A model generated the notes under the pieces. The model was not told the origin of the DNA. It was given only the letters and a program-made list of their open reading frames with translations, and did no database searches. Positions 1 through 7,546 of a stretch of 38,206 nucleotides of DNA are shown here, in pieces. The position numbers were made by a program, and so were the translations under genes. Each line of letters opens with the position of its first letter. Position 1 is the first letter of the stretch. The stretch comes from Minisyncoccia bacterium (lineage in GTDB: Bacteria > Patescibacteriota > Patescibacteriia > Magasanikbacterales > UBA922): positions 1 to 38,206 of the forward strand of contig JBDGRJ010000002.1 of the NCBI GenBank assembly GCA_042218115.1, in the 5' to 3' direction.

Positions 1-1
1 C

Positions 2-583
2 TGCAGTGACGGCGTGAAGAACGGGATGGAGACCGATGTCGACTGCGGTGGTCCGAGCTGCAATCCGTGTAACAGCGGAGAGAACTGCAGCAAGGATAAC
101 GACTGCACGTCGAAGGTCTGCCAGAACGGGACGTGCCAGAAGCCGACCTGCTCCGACGGCGTCAAGAACGGCAAGGAGACCAGAGTGGACTGTTCTGGGG
201 TGTGCAAAAACCCCAAGTTCCTATCTGGACACTCTGGGGAATACTGCAAAAAATTCCGAAGAGGGATGACACTTGAGAGTGGGCCGTCTTACAAGGTGGG
301 GAAAGAGACGGTGTCCGCTTGTGCGAAGGTGAAAACGCAGTGTCCCCCAAGGAAGATTGAGGTTCTCCTTGAGTCCACTCAGGCATCTTGTGGAGGGGTG
401 CCTGGATCCAACCCACCCAAGCTTCTGGTTTTTGGAGATCAGAAGAAGGTTGCCGAAATAACACCCCCGGGAAGCACAGCTCAGGGGGGAGAAAAGGTGA
501 CCTTTAATAATCCCCCACAAGAAGTACTGATTTGCAGAAGCTCCCCAAGGGGGAAGAACATCCTCCTAGTGAGCGTAAAATAA
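2..583 (+). CDS. Cys-rich secreted repeat protein, 5'-partial (runs off the left window edge)
   Basis: The frame of ORF 14..583 stays open back to nt 2 (CSDGVKNGMETDVDCGG...). A 49-aa Cys module CSDGVKNG-x-ET-x-VDC occurs twice, 147 nt apart (nt 2-52 and 149-199). TAA at 581-583 is followed by stem-loops. The first ~200 nt are GC-rich like the 18.7-22.9 kb segment. No family assigned. Confidence 0.6.
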   Translation, partial: CSDGVKNGMETDVDCGGPSCNPCNSGENCSKDNDCTSKVCQNGTCQKPTCSDGVKNGKETRVDCSGVCKNPKFLSGHSGEYCKKFRRGMTLESGPSYKVGKETVSACAKVKTQCPPRKIEVLLESTQASCGGVPGSNPPKLLVFGDQKKVAEITPPGSTAQGGEKVTFNNPPQEVLICRSSPRGKNILLVSVK

Positions 584-592
584 GGAGGCCGA

Positions 593-635
593 CTGTGAGG
601 CGGACGTTGGTTTCGACCTTCGTCCGCCCTCACAG
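593..635 (+). terminator. GC-rich stem-loop 10 nt after the stop codon (terminator role tentative)
   Basis: ctgtgaggcggacg (593-606) pairs with cgtccgccctcacag (621-635), with one bulged c and a 14-nt loop. No clean T-run follows. An AT-rich hairpin follows instead (ggaatttca 635-643 / tgaaattcc 670-678). Confidence 0.35.
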
Positions 636-690
636 GAATTTCAGAATTGATCTTATTTTAGATCGGCTTTGAAATTCCTGTAAATAAACA

Positions 691-720
691 AAACCCCGCC
701 TGGTAGGGCGGGGTTTGTTT
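691..720. terminator. bidirectional intrinsic terminator between convergent genes
   Basis: 10-bp stem aaaccccgcc (691-700) / ggcggggttt (707-716) with 6-nt loop tggtag. It is followed by gttt on the + strand. On the - strand it is followed by tgtttattta (complement of 681-690). Confidence 0.75.
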
Positions 721-776
721 AATACTACTACAGCTTTCGCTGCAGCAGCTATACTAGCTAAACTACCTGAAGGTAG

Positions 777-3700
777 TTATGTGCTGGCATTCTTACTGAT
801 AGAATCAGTATCCAGATGATCTAACTTGAAGCCGTTGAACCAATCTGAATCTACTGGGTTGGTACCAGCAGTGGAGTTATCACTCCAAATGAAGGTACCT
901 GCGCTAGATTGGTTAGTATCAACATTAGACTCTGTGTCAGGGCCTACAAATGTAGACTCATTATCCTTGATGTTAATGGAGTAAGAGTCGCTGCTGACAG
1001 TGAAGTTATTGTGGTCAGCATCTAGAGTGTAGGTTTCGCTGCTTCCAGCTCCTACTTCTTCAGGAGAAGGAAGTACTAACTCTAGAGTACTCGAGTTTCC
1101 ATGTGCCTGGTTAGCAGTCACATTTAGTGTGTCTCCACCGTCATCCTCCAGCTTGAAGTTGGAAAGACAGTCTAGTACGTCAGAGTTTGGCGTCGCACCA
1201 GAACACTGACCAGTTACATTTAGACTGATTCTGTTCCAACCGATCTTGTGACTATCATCAGCACTTACTGTGAACTTGTAGATGTCTTCGTTTCCGTTGC
1301 TGAGTGTATTGTCACTAATGCTGTTGGACTGAAGTGTAGGCACAGTCCTTACTAGAGTGGTAGTATTAGCTTGAGCTTGAGCTAGAGTAGTACTGTTTGC
1401 AGTACCATCTATGCTCAAGTTTCCTTCATTGACGTCTGGGTCGGTAAGATCATTACCGGACCCTTCTGTCTGAGCTTTTACACCGTAGACAGAGAAGTTT
1501 GCTTTCTTGCCAGTCTCAGACTGTTCATCAATCTTATTCGGTACACCTTTGACCATAATATCTTTAGTATCATTCTTCTTTACGGTAATCATCTCACTGT
1601 CTTTATCCAGTACGAAGTGGACATTACCTCCACTTATACCTTTGGTGTCCAGTACATTTCCGTCATGTACCAGCTGTAGCTCACTGAACCTGGAGTCTAG
1701 ACCGCTATCCAAGTTTTGAGGTGAGCTGGTAGAATTACCTACCCAGATTTCGTAGACTCCTACTGTACCGGTAGTAGCAGTGAACTCGAACTGACCGAGA
1801 TTGACGGTCTGGTTTGTATCTGCTACTGCCCAGCCTTGATTTGGTGTATCACTATCTTTGGCTACAGTAAGCTCAGCGTTTTGAGCCCATTGTAGTTTAG
1901 GTGAGGACACATCGCTGAAGGTTACGGCTTGATTCTCGGTATCCAAGATGGATGTGCCCGAGGAACCGGTACCTTTTATAGTGAAGCTAGCTGTAGTTCC
2001 GTTGGACAAGTCTGACGCTGTTGTTCCGTATAGAGCGATACGGGCTTGTCCGTTTTGCTCTACAGTATGCTGGAAGTTACTGAATGTTACTGAGCCGTCT
2101 GTACCCAGGTCTTTCTCGTCGCTCATCTTCTTGCCGTCAATAGCGACGTACATGTTAGTGAACTTGGAAGCAGGTGTGCTTTTTAGACCTTGCTCAGTGT
2201 ATTCTAGCTGATCTATATCTAGATCAGATGCGTCTCCAGCTGTAAGCAGAGTCTCTAGTAGAAGCTCGTCCTGAGTACCAGCGATTAGCTTCTCACCACT
2301 TGAGTAACCATCAGTTCGACTCATGGATAGACTAGCTGAAGTAATACTTACATCATTACCTGTGACGGATCCAGTCAAGTTACCCTCCAGTACTGAGTCT
2401 CCGTCAGATGAATATTCAGGACTATCGAAGTCGTCTCCTGCTTTACTGTTATCGTAAGTAAACTTGTAAGTATTGGTGTTTGCAGAGCTGGATAGATCGA
2501 TCTGAAGTGTAAGTGTATCATCATCATTCAGAGTGAAGTTCGAAGTGAAGTCGTAGTAGACTTCAGTATGGTTTTTGCTACTACAACTTTGTACGTTAGC
2601 ATTATCTTTTCCAGAACAGTTATCATCATCAGTTACACTAGTAAGACTCTGAATCTCTTTGCCGTTTACCAATAGATCTGCTCTATCAATATCACCATCT
2701 ACTATACCAGCCTCATCTCCTGTAGCACCAGCAGCTGTAAGGCTACTGTTTGTGCTAAGAGATAGATTCAATCCATCTACATCAATCTTATTATCGGTAT
2801 CCACCTTGGTCTTAAGAGCTACAATGTCATCAGTATCAACTGAGTAGTTCTCATTAGATGGGTTATCTTGGGCTCTGGAAACGTTGAATGATCCTGCATT
2901 CAGTGTGTATGAACACAGCTCATTTGAGCCTGCACAATTTAACTTTCTAGTTACACTTGCAGCTACACCGAGCTCATCCTCGTGTACGAACAGATCTCGT
3001 GTGCTGTCAAGCTTGAAAGTAATCTTCTCTGTATCATCGCCGGACTCGACGTCGGCTTTGATAGCGAACCTTCTGGTTTCTCCGTCTTCGATCTTTCTTT
3101 TGCCTTTAGGGAACTTAAAGGTGACGAAGCTTCCATCTACACTTACGGAAACATCTTTCATCTTGCTTCCGTCCTCGTATAGAGTGATGTTGCTTAGATC
3201 ACCGATGTCTCCGGAACCATTCTGCTCAAGTCGTAGGTACTGAATATACCCGGTGTTTTCATTGTTGGAAGTGTAATCAAGATCGAACTCACCTACGGTC
3301 TGCTGTTCTTGTCCTACATCAATAGTGTTTCCACTTCCGATGTGATCCATGGTGACGCTAGCGACGTTGTAGCTGGAGTAGTCCATCTTGTTTCCTTTGA
3401 CTGCCTCATTTGGCAAGTCTCCGGAATTTGAACTACCTGCTAGCTCAATTCCACCCTTAGGAATCATGAAGCCGTCTTGGTTGCTGGAGTAAGATCCACT
3501 ACTGGCAAGATCGGCTTTCAGAGTAAACTCTACGGTAGATCCTGCACCAACAGTGTAGTTTTCCATATTTACATTAGCCACATCATCACTGTTGACACTT
3601 TCAGTTTCGGTGATAGGTACTCCGTTTGCTTCTACCCAAACGTTGTTGAAGTTTGAGCTGTTACCTAGACCGAATCGTTTGAAGTTTATCTGATCAAGAG

Positions 3701-4646
3701 TGACGTTGCTGTCACCTGCTTTTACATTAAACTTCAAGTACTCTACGTGAGATGCTCCTTTTGGAACAGTATCAGACTGAGGTGTGTTCGCAGATAGGCT
3801 AACTTTTAATTCACCTTCAGTAGCCTGATCATCGTCCTGGTTGTCCTGGTTGTCCTGGTTATCTTGATTGCCTTGGTTATCTTGGCCATCTTGGTCTTGA
3901 CCGTCATCCATGCTGTCTGACTGTAGTGGGTCAGCTGTGATGGATGCAGCGGTTACTGTACCGCCCATGGATACGGAGTTGAATACAGAGTCGGATACGG
4001 TCTCTACATCTTTCATGACGAAGCTAGGAAGCTGTCCTTGAACTTCGTGTAGCTTACCGTCCATGACCTGATAGATCTTGTCCGTATCGGACTGAGTGAC
4101 TAGCATGCCGTCGTGAGGTTTCTTTTCGGTGATAGGCTTACCCTTGGTGTAGTCAGCAGTCCATGGTAGATCTGCGATGTCTACCATCTGACTTTGCCAG
4201 TCTGCTCCGTAAAGTGCTTTGGCTACCTGTGGGTTAGCCAATTTTCTTACTACACCGCCCGGAGTAACTGCGTAGATGTCATTGGTCACTTGTGTGGTTA
4301 CCAGAGCTGAACCAGGTCGATAAACTACTCCGAATGGCTTGGAGTTAGCTGGTGAGAACACGGAAGAACACTCCTTAGGTACCGTATTTTTTCCGCTGTA
4401 ATCTGAATACCAAGTTTTGAATACATCACCAGTTGGGAAGTACTTTCGTTCTAGGTCGTCGTTGAGGATATACACAGCGTTACTGTCACCGAACTGCACT
4501 AGATCTCCGGACTCAAGTGAAGGACACTGAGCGGATTTTGCGGCAGTCGGGGAAAGTACAGCTGCGGCCAAAAGGCTCGCTGCTGCTGTGATCGCAACGA
4601 CAGACCAAGCTACCGTCCGTTTAGAAAAGTTTAGTAAGTCTGTCAT
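777..4646 (-). CDS. large secreted cell-surface protein (1,289 aa counted from the Met preceding the signal peptide)
   Basis: The ORF is 777..4688. The Met at nt 4646 is followed by a K/R n-region, the hydrophobic core VAWSVVAITAAASLLAAAVL and an AKS-AQ type cleavage site. There is a D/N/Q linker (DGQDQDGQDNQGNQDNQDNQDNQ). The rest is T/S/N/D-rich with an alternating beta-strand-like pattern typical of Ig-like/adhesin repeats. No catalytic motif recognised. Confidence 0.8.
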   Translation of the reverse strand: MTDLLNFSKRTVAWSVVAITAAASLLAAAVLSPTAAKSAQCPSLESGDLVQFGDSNAVYILNDDLERKYFPTGDVFKTWYSDYSGKNTVPKECSSVFSPANSKPFGVVYRPGSALVTTQVTNDIYAVTPGGVVRKLANPQVAKALYGADWQSQMVDIADLPWTADYTKGKPITEKKPHDGMLVTQSDTDKIYQVMDGKLHEVQGQLPSFVMKDVETVSDSVFNSVSMGGTVTAASITADPLQSDSMDDGQDQDGQDNQGNQDNQDNQDNQDDDQATEGELKVSLSANTPQSDTVPKGASHVEYLKFNVKAGDSNVTLDQINFKRFGLGNSSNFNNVWVEANGVPITETESVNSDDVANVNMENYTVGAGSTVEFTLKADLASSGSYSSNQDGFMIPKGGIELAGSSNSGDLPNEAVKGNKMDYSSYNVASVTMDHIGSGNTIDVGQEQQTVGEFDLDYTSNNENTGYIQYLRLEQNGSGDIGDLSNITLYEDGSKMKDVSVSVDGSFVTFKFPKGKRKIEDGETRRFAIKADVESGDDTEKITFKLDSTRDLFVHEDELGVAASVTRKLNCAGSNELCSYTLNAGSFNVSRAQDNPSNENYSVDTDDIVALKTKVDTDNKIDVDGLNLSLSTNSSLTAAGATGDEAGIVDGDIDRADLLVNGKEIQSLTSVTDDDNCSGKDNANVQSCSSKNHTEVYYDFTSNFTLNDDDTLTLQIDLSSSANTNTYKFTYDNSKAGDDFDSPEYSSDGDSVLEGNLTGSVTGNDVSITSASLSMSRTDGYSSGEKLIAGTQDELLLETLLTAGDASDLDIDQLEYTEQGLKSTPASKFTNMYVAIDGKKMSDEKDLGTDGSVTFSNFQHTVEQNGQARIALYGTTASDLSNGTTASFTIKGTGSSGTSILDTENQAVTFSDVSSPKLQWAQNAELTVAKDSDTPNQGWAVADTNQTVNLGQFEFTATTGTVGVYEIWVGNSTSSPQNLDSGLDSRFSELQLVHDGNVLDTKGISGGNVHFVLDKDSEMITVKKNDTKDIMVKGVPNKIDEQSETGKKANFSVYGVKAQTEGSGNDLTDPDVNEGNLSIDGTANSTTLAQAQANTTTLVRTVPTLQSNSISDNTLSNGNEDIYKFTVSADDSHKIGWNRISLNVTGQCSGATPNSDVLDCLSNFKLEDDGGDTLNVTANQAHGNSSTLELVLPSPEEVGAGSSETYTLDADHNNFTVSSDSYSINIKDNESTFVGPDTESNVDTNQSSAGTFIWSDNSTAGTNPVDSDWFNGFKLDHLDTDSISKNAST
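3834..3905 (-). repeat. in-frame 9-nt tandem repeat encoding the D/N/Q linker of the surface protein
   Basis: gtcctggtt occurs as three perfect copies (3834-3842, 3843-3851, 3852-3860). Five degenerate 9-mers follow (atcttgatt gccttggtt atcttggcc atcttggtc ttgaccgtc). Confidence 0.85.
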
Positions 4647-4763
4647 AAGTTTAAGGTTAAGAATTAAGCTGATTTGGCCGAAAGCCAAAAAAGCTTATGA
4701 GTGAAAGCATGTTATTGTTGTACAACGACTCTGCCGAGCCTCGACCTTTCAGTTGTACGTGCA

Positions 4764-4836
4764 CCCTCGCAAGAGGGAATTTTTTAAGCATACCCAAAAG
4801 GTATGCAAACACTTCTCGCCGTACCAGCGAGAGGTG
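4764..4836. other. three consecutive stem-loops in the spacer between the DUF5667-like gene stop and the surface-protein gene start
   Basis: H1: ccctc(4764-4768) gcaa gaggg(4773-4777), followed by aatttttt on the + strand. H2: gcatacc(4788-4794) caaaa ggtatgc(4800-4806). H3: cacttctcgc(4810-4819) cgtacca gcgagaggtg(4827-4836), 10 bp with one position that is a G:U pair or a mismatch depending on strand. Function unknown (terminator, attenuator or leader). Confidence 0.4.
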
Positions 4837-4899
4837 TCTGAATACCTTCTTTCGGCCACACATTATACTATTGTAACAGCTGTCTGTAAAGTTCATTGT

Positions 4900-6465
4900 T
4901 TATTGATTAGATTGACTTTTATCATCTTCTTTTTTCTTTTTATTGTTGCTTTGATCCTCTCCGTTACTGTTCTGCTTCTCTTTTTCTTTTGTCTCTTCCT
5001 GCTCCTTTGTAGACCCACTTTCTTGCTTCTTTTCAGTTGTGGTAGAGTCCGTCTCTGGTGAGCTGGTAGTGCTGGTTTCAGATTCGCTAGCAAAACTACC
5101 CCCGCCTTGTATGGTGGTAGTGATAGTCTCATCATCTTCATTTTTAAACTCTACCAAGACATCACCGTTATCCTTTTTCTGTCTCTTTACATCAGATCCA
5201 CCTACCAGCTTCAACAGCTCCTTTTGGTTTTTAGAGCTTACCTCTTGAGCGGTCTGAATTGCTTTGAGTAACTTACCTTTTTGGGCTAGCTTTTTAGCCA
5301 ATGCTATGCTTTTTTCACTGCTGGATGTGCTTGTCTGCCCCTTTACTGTCCCGGTAGTTGTGCTGGTAGTTTTTTTATTGCCCTTCTTGTCTTTCGAGCT
5401 GCTCTTATCTTGTTGTTGTTTTTTCTTATCTTGCGAAGAATCTTTTTCTTTACTTTTGTCTTTTTGTTTCTTTTTGTCTTGTGTATTGCCTTTATCTGTC
5501 GATTCTGTCTCTTTTTTATTATCCTTGCTATCATTATTTTCCTTTTTAATTTCAACTCTTTGTTTAAGCCCGGACTTTATCTCACTACCATTTTGTTTTT
5601 CTACTTTATTTACCACCCCGGAGGCAATCTTTTTTACAGCTGATTTGTCCAGTACATCGGTATTGACATCGGACTCGATATCACTACTACTCAAAGCAGA
5701 GATGGTCTCGACTACCAGCGCCCTGATTTCTTCTTTGTTTAGTTTTACGTCACCTTTTAGTCTACTGCGAACCATATACTCTAAAATACTCAAACTTCCC
5801 TCGGTAATCTCACCCTTTACTACTATAATATCATCGGCCAAACCGGGTGAACCCTCATAGGAATCTACTAGAATCTTACTTAAGGTATCTTGGATCAGCT
5901 TGTTATTGCTCAAAATTTCTTGGGTCGATCTTATCTTGCCGTCTGCTCTCTTCAGGGAGTTTTGAGCTCTATTTAGAGATTCATTCATCCTCTCTATTGT
6001 TTCTTTTGCCTGCTTTGGCTCTTGTTTATTTTTGATGATCTTTTTAGCTTCTTGAGCTCTGCGAGCGGCAAACTCACTGTAGAGCTCAGCTTCATCCGCT
6101 TCACTGCCCACTACTTTAGCCATTGTAAGCTTAGCTTGTTCTGCTGCAAGCTTTACATTATATAATGTATCTCCGGGCACAGAGGAGTAAGATGCCTGCA
6201 CAGTGACACTCCAGCCGCCGATAGCAGCAAAGACGATAAAGAAGATGAAGACGGTCATCTTACCTGCCAACACCAACCTTCGCGGAAACAATACATCACA
6301 AAGAGTCACTGCCTTCTCTAGCAGTGTAGCTGATTCTTGCTCACTTTCTTGCTCGATCTCAGCAAGCAAAGCTTCCTTATTTTCCTGCTTCCATTGTTCA
6401 TCCGGGTTTAGCTGATCGCTTTGCTTTAGTTTATTCAATTTTTCTTTGATGTCGTTGTAGAACAT
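4900..6465 (-). CDS. membrane protein with a DUF5667-like extracytoplasmic domain and a K/S/T/E-rich tail; candidate anti-sigma partner
   Basis: It starts 17 nt after the sigma-factor stop. It has a charged ~70-aa N-terminus and one TM helix (MTVFIFFIVFAAIGGWSVTV). The SSVPGD-x-LYNVK...E region resembles, from memory, the DUF5667 family often found beside ECF sigma genes in CPR genomes. The C-terminal ~200 aa are low complexity. There is no HxxxCxxC zinc anti-sigma motif, so the anti-sigma role is a positional inference. Confidence 0.7.
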   Translation of the reverse strand: MFYNDIKEKLNKLKQSDQLNPDEQWKQENKEALLAEIEQESEQESATLLEKAVTLCDVLFPRRLVLAGKMTVFIFFIVFAAIGGWSVTVQASYSSVPGDTLYNVKLAAEQAKLTMAKVVGSEADEAELYSEFAARRAQEAKKIIKNKQEPKQAKETIERMNESLNRAQNSLKRADGKIRSTQEILSNNKLIQDTLSKILVDSYEGSPGLADDIIVVKGEITEGSLSILEYMVRSRLKGDVKLNKEEIRALVVETISALSSSDIESDVNTDVLDKSAVKKIASGVVNKVEKQNGSEIKSGLKQRVEIKKENNDSKDNKKETESTDKGNTQDKKKQKDKSKEKDSSQDKKKQQQDKSSSKDKKGNKKTTSTTTGTVKGQTSTSSSEKSIALAKKLAQKGKLLKAIQTAQEVSSKNQKELLKLVGGSDVKRQKKDNGDVLVEFKNEDDETITTTIQGGGSFASESETSTTSSPETDSTTTEKKQESGSTKEQEETKEKEKQNSNGEDQSNNKKKKEDDKSQSNQ

Positions 6466-6482
6466 CTCGGGTAAATATATGA

Positions 6483-7040
6483 TTATTCTTGATCTATATC
6501 CAGAAGCTGACGCAGCTTCTTTACCGCCCGATGGAGTGTAACTCGGACCGAACTTCTGCTTTTGTCCATAATGTTTGCGGTCTCTTTGGTCGAAAGTTCC
6601 TGGAGATATCTAAGTACTATTACTTCCTGATAATTATCTTTTAGCTTTTGTAGGGCTTTCAGAACTTGCTCGTGGTCGATCTTCTCTTCTGTCTCCTGCT
6701 CTATATCTTCATCGGTAGACTTTACGGATAGAAGATCTTCGATCGGGTGCTGCTCTTTGTCCGTATTGCTGCGATAAAAATCTATCACCTTGGTCCTTGC
6801 GGTCTGATAGATGAGCGCCCTAAAATTATTGACCTCTTTTTTATCCGGGTCGATCAGATACTTCCAGGTCTTTAAAAAAACCTCGTTGGTAAGATCCTGA
6901 GCATCCTGCTCATTTCCAACCTTGTAATATATAAATCTATAAATGTCATCGATGTAATGATCGTAGAGCTTGCCAAAAGCATCCGAATCTTTCTCTGCTC
7001 TAATCTTGTAGAGTAATTTTTTTTCTTGTATCTGACTCAT
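6483..7040 (-). CDS. ECF-type RNA polymerase sigma-70 family factor
   Basis: 185 aa. Region 2-like segment: DAQDLTNEVFLKTWKYL ... FRALIYQTARTKVIDFYR. Region 4 helix-turn-helix: LSTKETANIMDKSRSSVRVTLHRAVKKLRQLL. Size and layout are typical of group 4 sigma factors. Confidence 0.9.
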   Translation of the reverse strand: MSQIQEKKLLYKIRAEKDSDAFGKLYDHYIDDIYRFIYYKVGNEQDAQDLTNEVFLKTWKYLIDPDKKEVNNFRALIYQTARTKVIDFYRSNTDKEQHPIEDLLSVKSTDEDIEQETEEKIDHEQVLKALQKLKDNYQEVIVLRYLQELSTKETANIMDKSRSSVRVTLHRAVKKLRQLLDIDQE

Positions 7041-7047
7041 ACTTGTA

Positions 7048-7072
7048 GACGTATGAACTAGTAAAACGTTAC
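7048..7072 (-). promoter_or_regulatory. candidate ECF-type promoter GTAAC-N16-CGTC abutting the sigma start codon
   Basis: Minus strand reads ggtGTAAC gttttactagttcata CGTCtacaagtATG. The AAC/CGT spacing fits the general ECF promoter pattern. The -10 element ends 7 nt before the ATG, which would imply a leaderless or nearly leaderless mRNA. Confidence 0.3.
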
Positions 7073-7546
7073 ACCTGTTGAATAAATATTGTATTCATAG
7101 GGGTTTGGGACACTACGTCACACCTCGGCGGCAAGCTCAATGTCGTGCAATTTATTATTCCTGCAACCTCTTTTATTTTTGACTTCTATACTTACACTGC
7201 TTGGCTAATGCTTCCGTAAGGATAAAGTATAGAAAATAATCTTTAAATAAGCAACACCGAACCAAAGAACGTTGAAAAACCAACATGTTTAGAAAGGTGC
7301 AGAACATCTTCCGAACCGAAACCTTGAGCTTGTCTCACCAGCGAAGCTCAGAGGTAGTTCGAATCCGCAAGTTGAATGGCTCTAAATACAGACAGTATAA
7401 AATAGTCCCGAGTCTCTCCAAGGATTTAAATTGGAAAAAGTTCCCCAATTCTGCTAGAATTTAAACTAACTAACATTATATACATTCTATCATAACAACA
7501 CATAGTTATATCAACGGTATTGTACCCATCTCGTTATAACTGATAT

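Noticed and set aside
36-520. Overlapping ORFs 36..269 +, 162..464 - and 221..520 - at the left edge
   Set aside because: They are alternative-frame or antisense translations of the Cys-rich gene region. They are Arg/Ala/Ser-rich and lack the clear repeated Cys module seen in the chosen frame.
4657-5061. ORFs 4657..4896 - (79 aa) and 4753..5061 + (102 aa) in the spacer
   Set aside because: They cover the hairpin-rich spacer and the end of the neighbouring gene and have no recognisable features. The extended 1,303-aa start at 4688 is also less likely than the Met at 4646, which directly precedes the signal peptide.
4893-6415. Several ORFs (e.g. 5264..5860 +, 5343..5555 -, 5410..5643 +, 4893..5141 -) within the DUF5667-like gene
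   Set aside because: They arise from the K/S/T/E low-complexity, AT-rich repeat region being open in several frames. Their translations are F/L/S-rich or K/R-rich nonsense.
7357-7366. gttcgaatcc, a canonical tRNA T-loop sequence, suggesting a tRNA gene
   Set aside because: The flanks do not form a T-stem (3 of 5 pairs). No acceptor, D or anticodon arms could be built on either strand. At most it is a decayed fragment, so I kept it only as a low-interest note.
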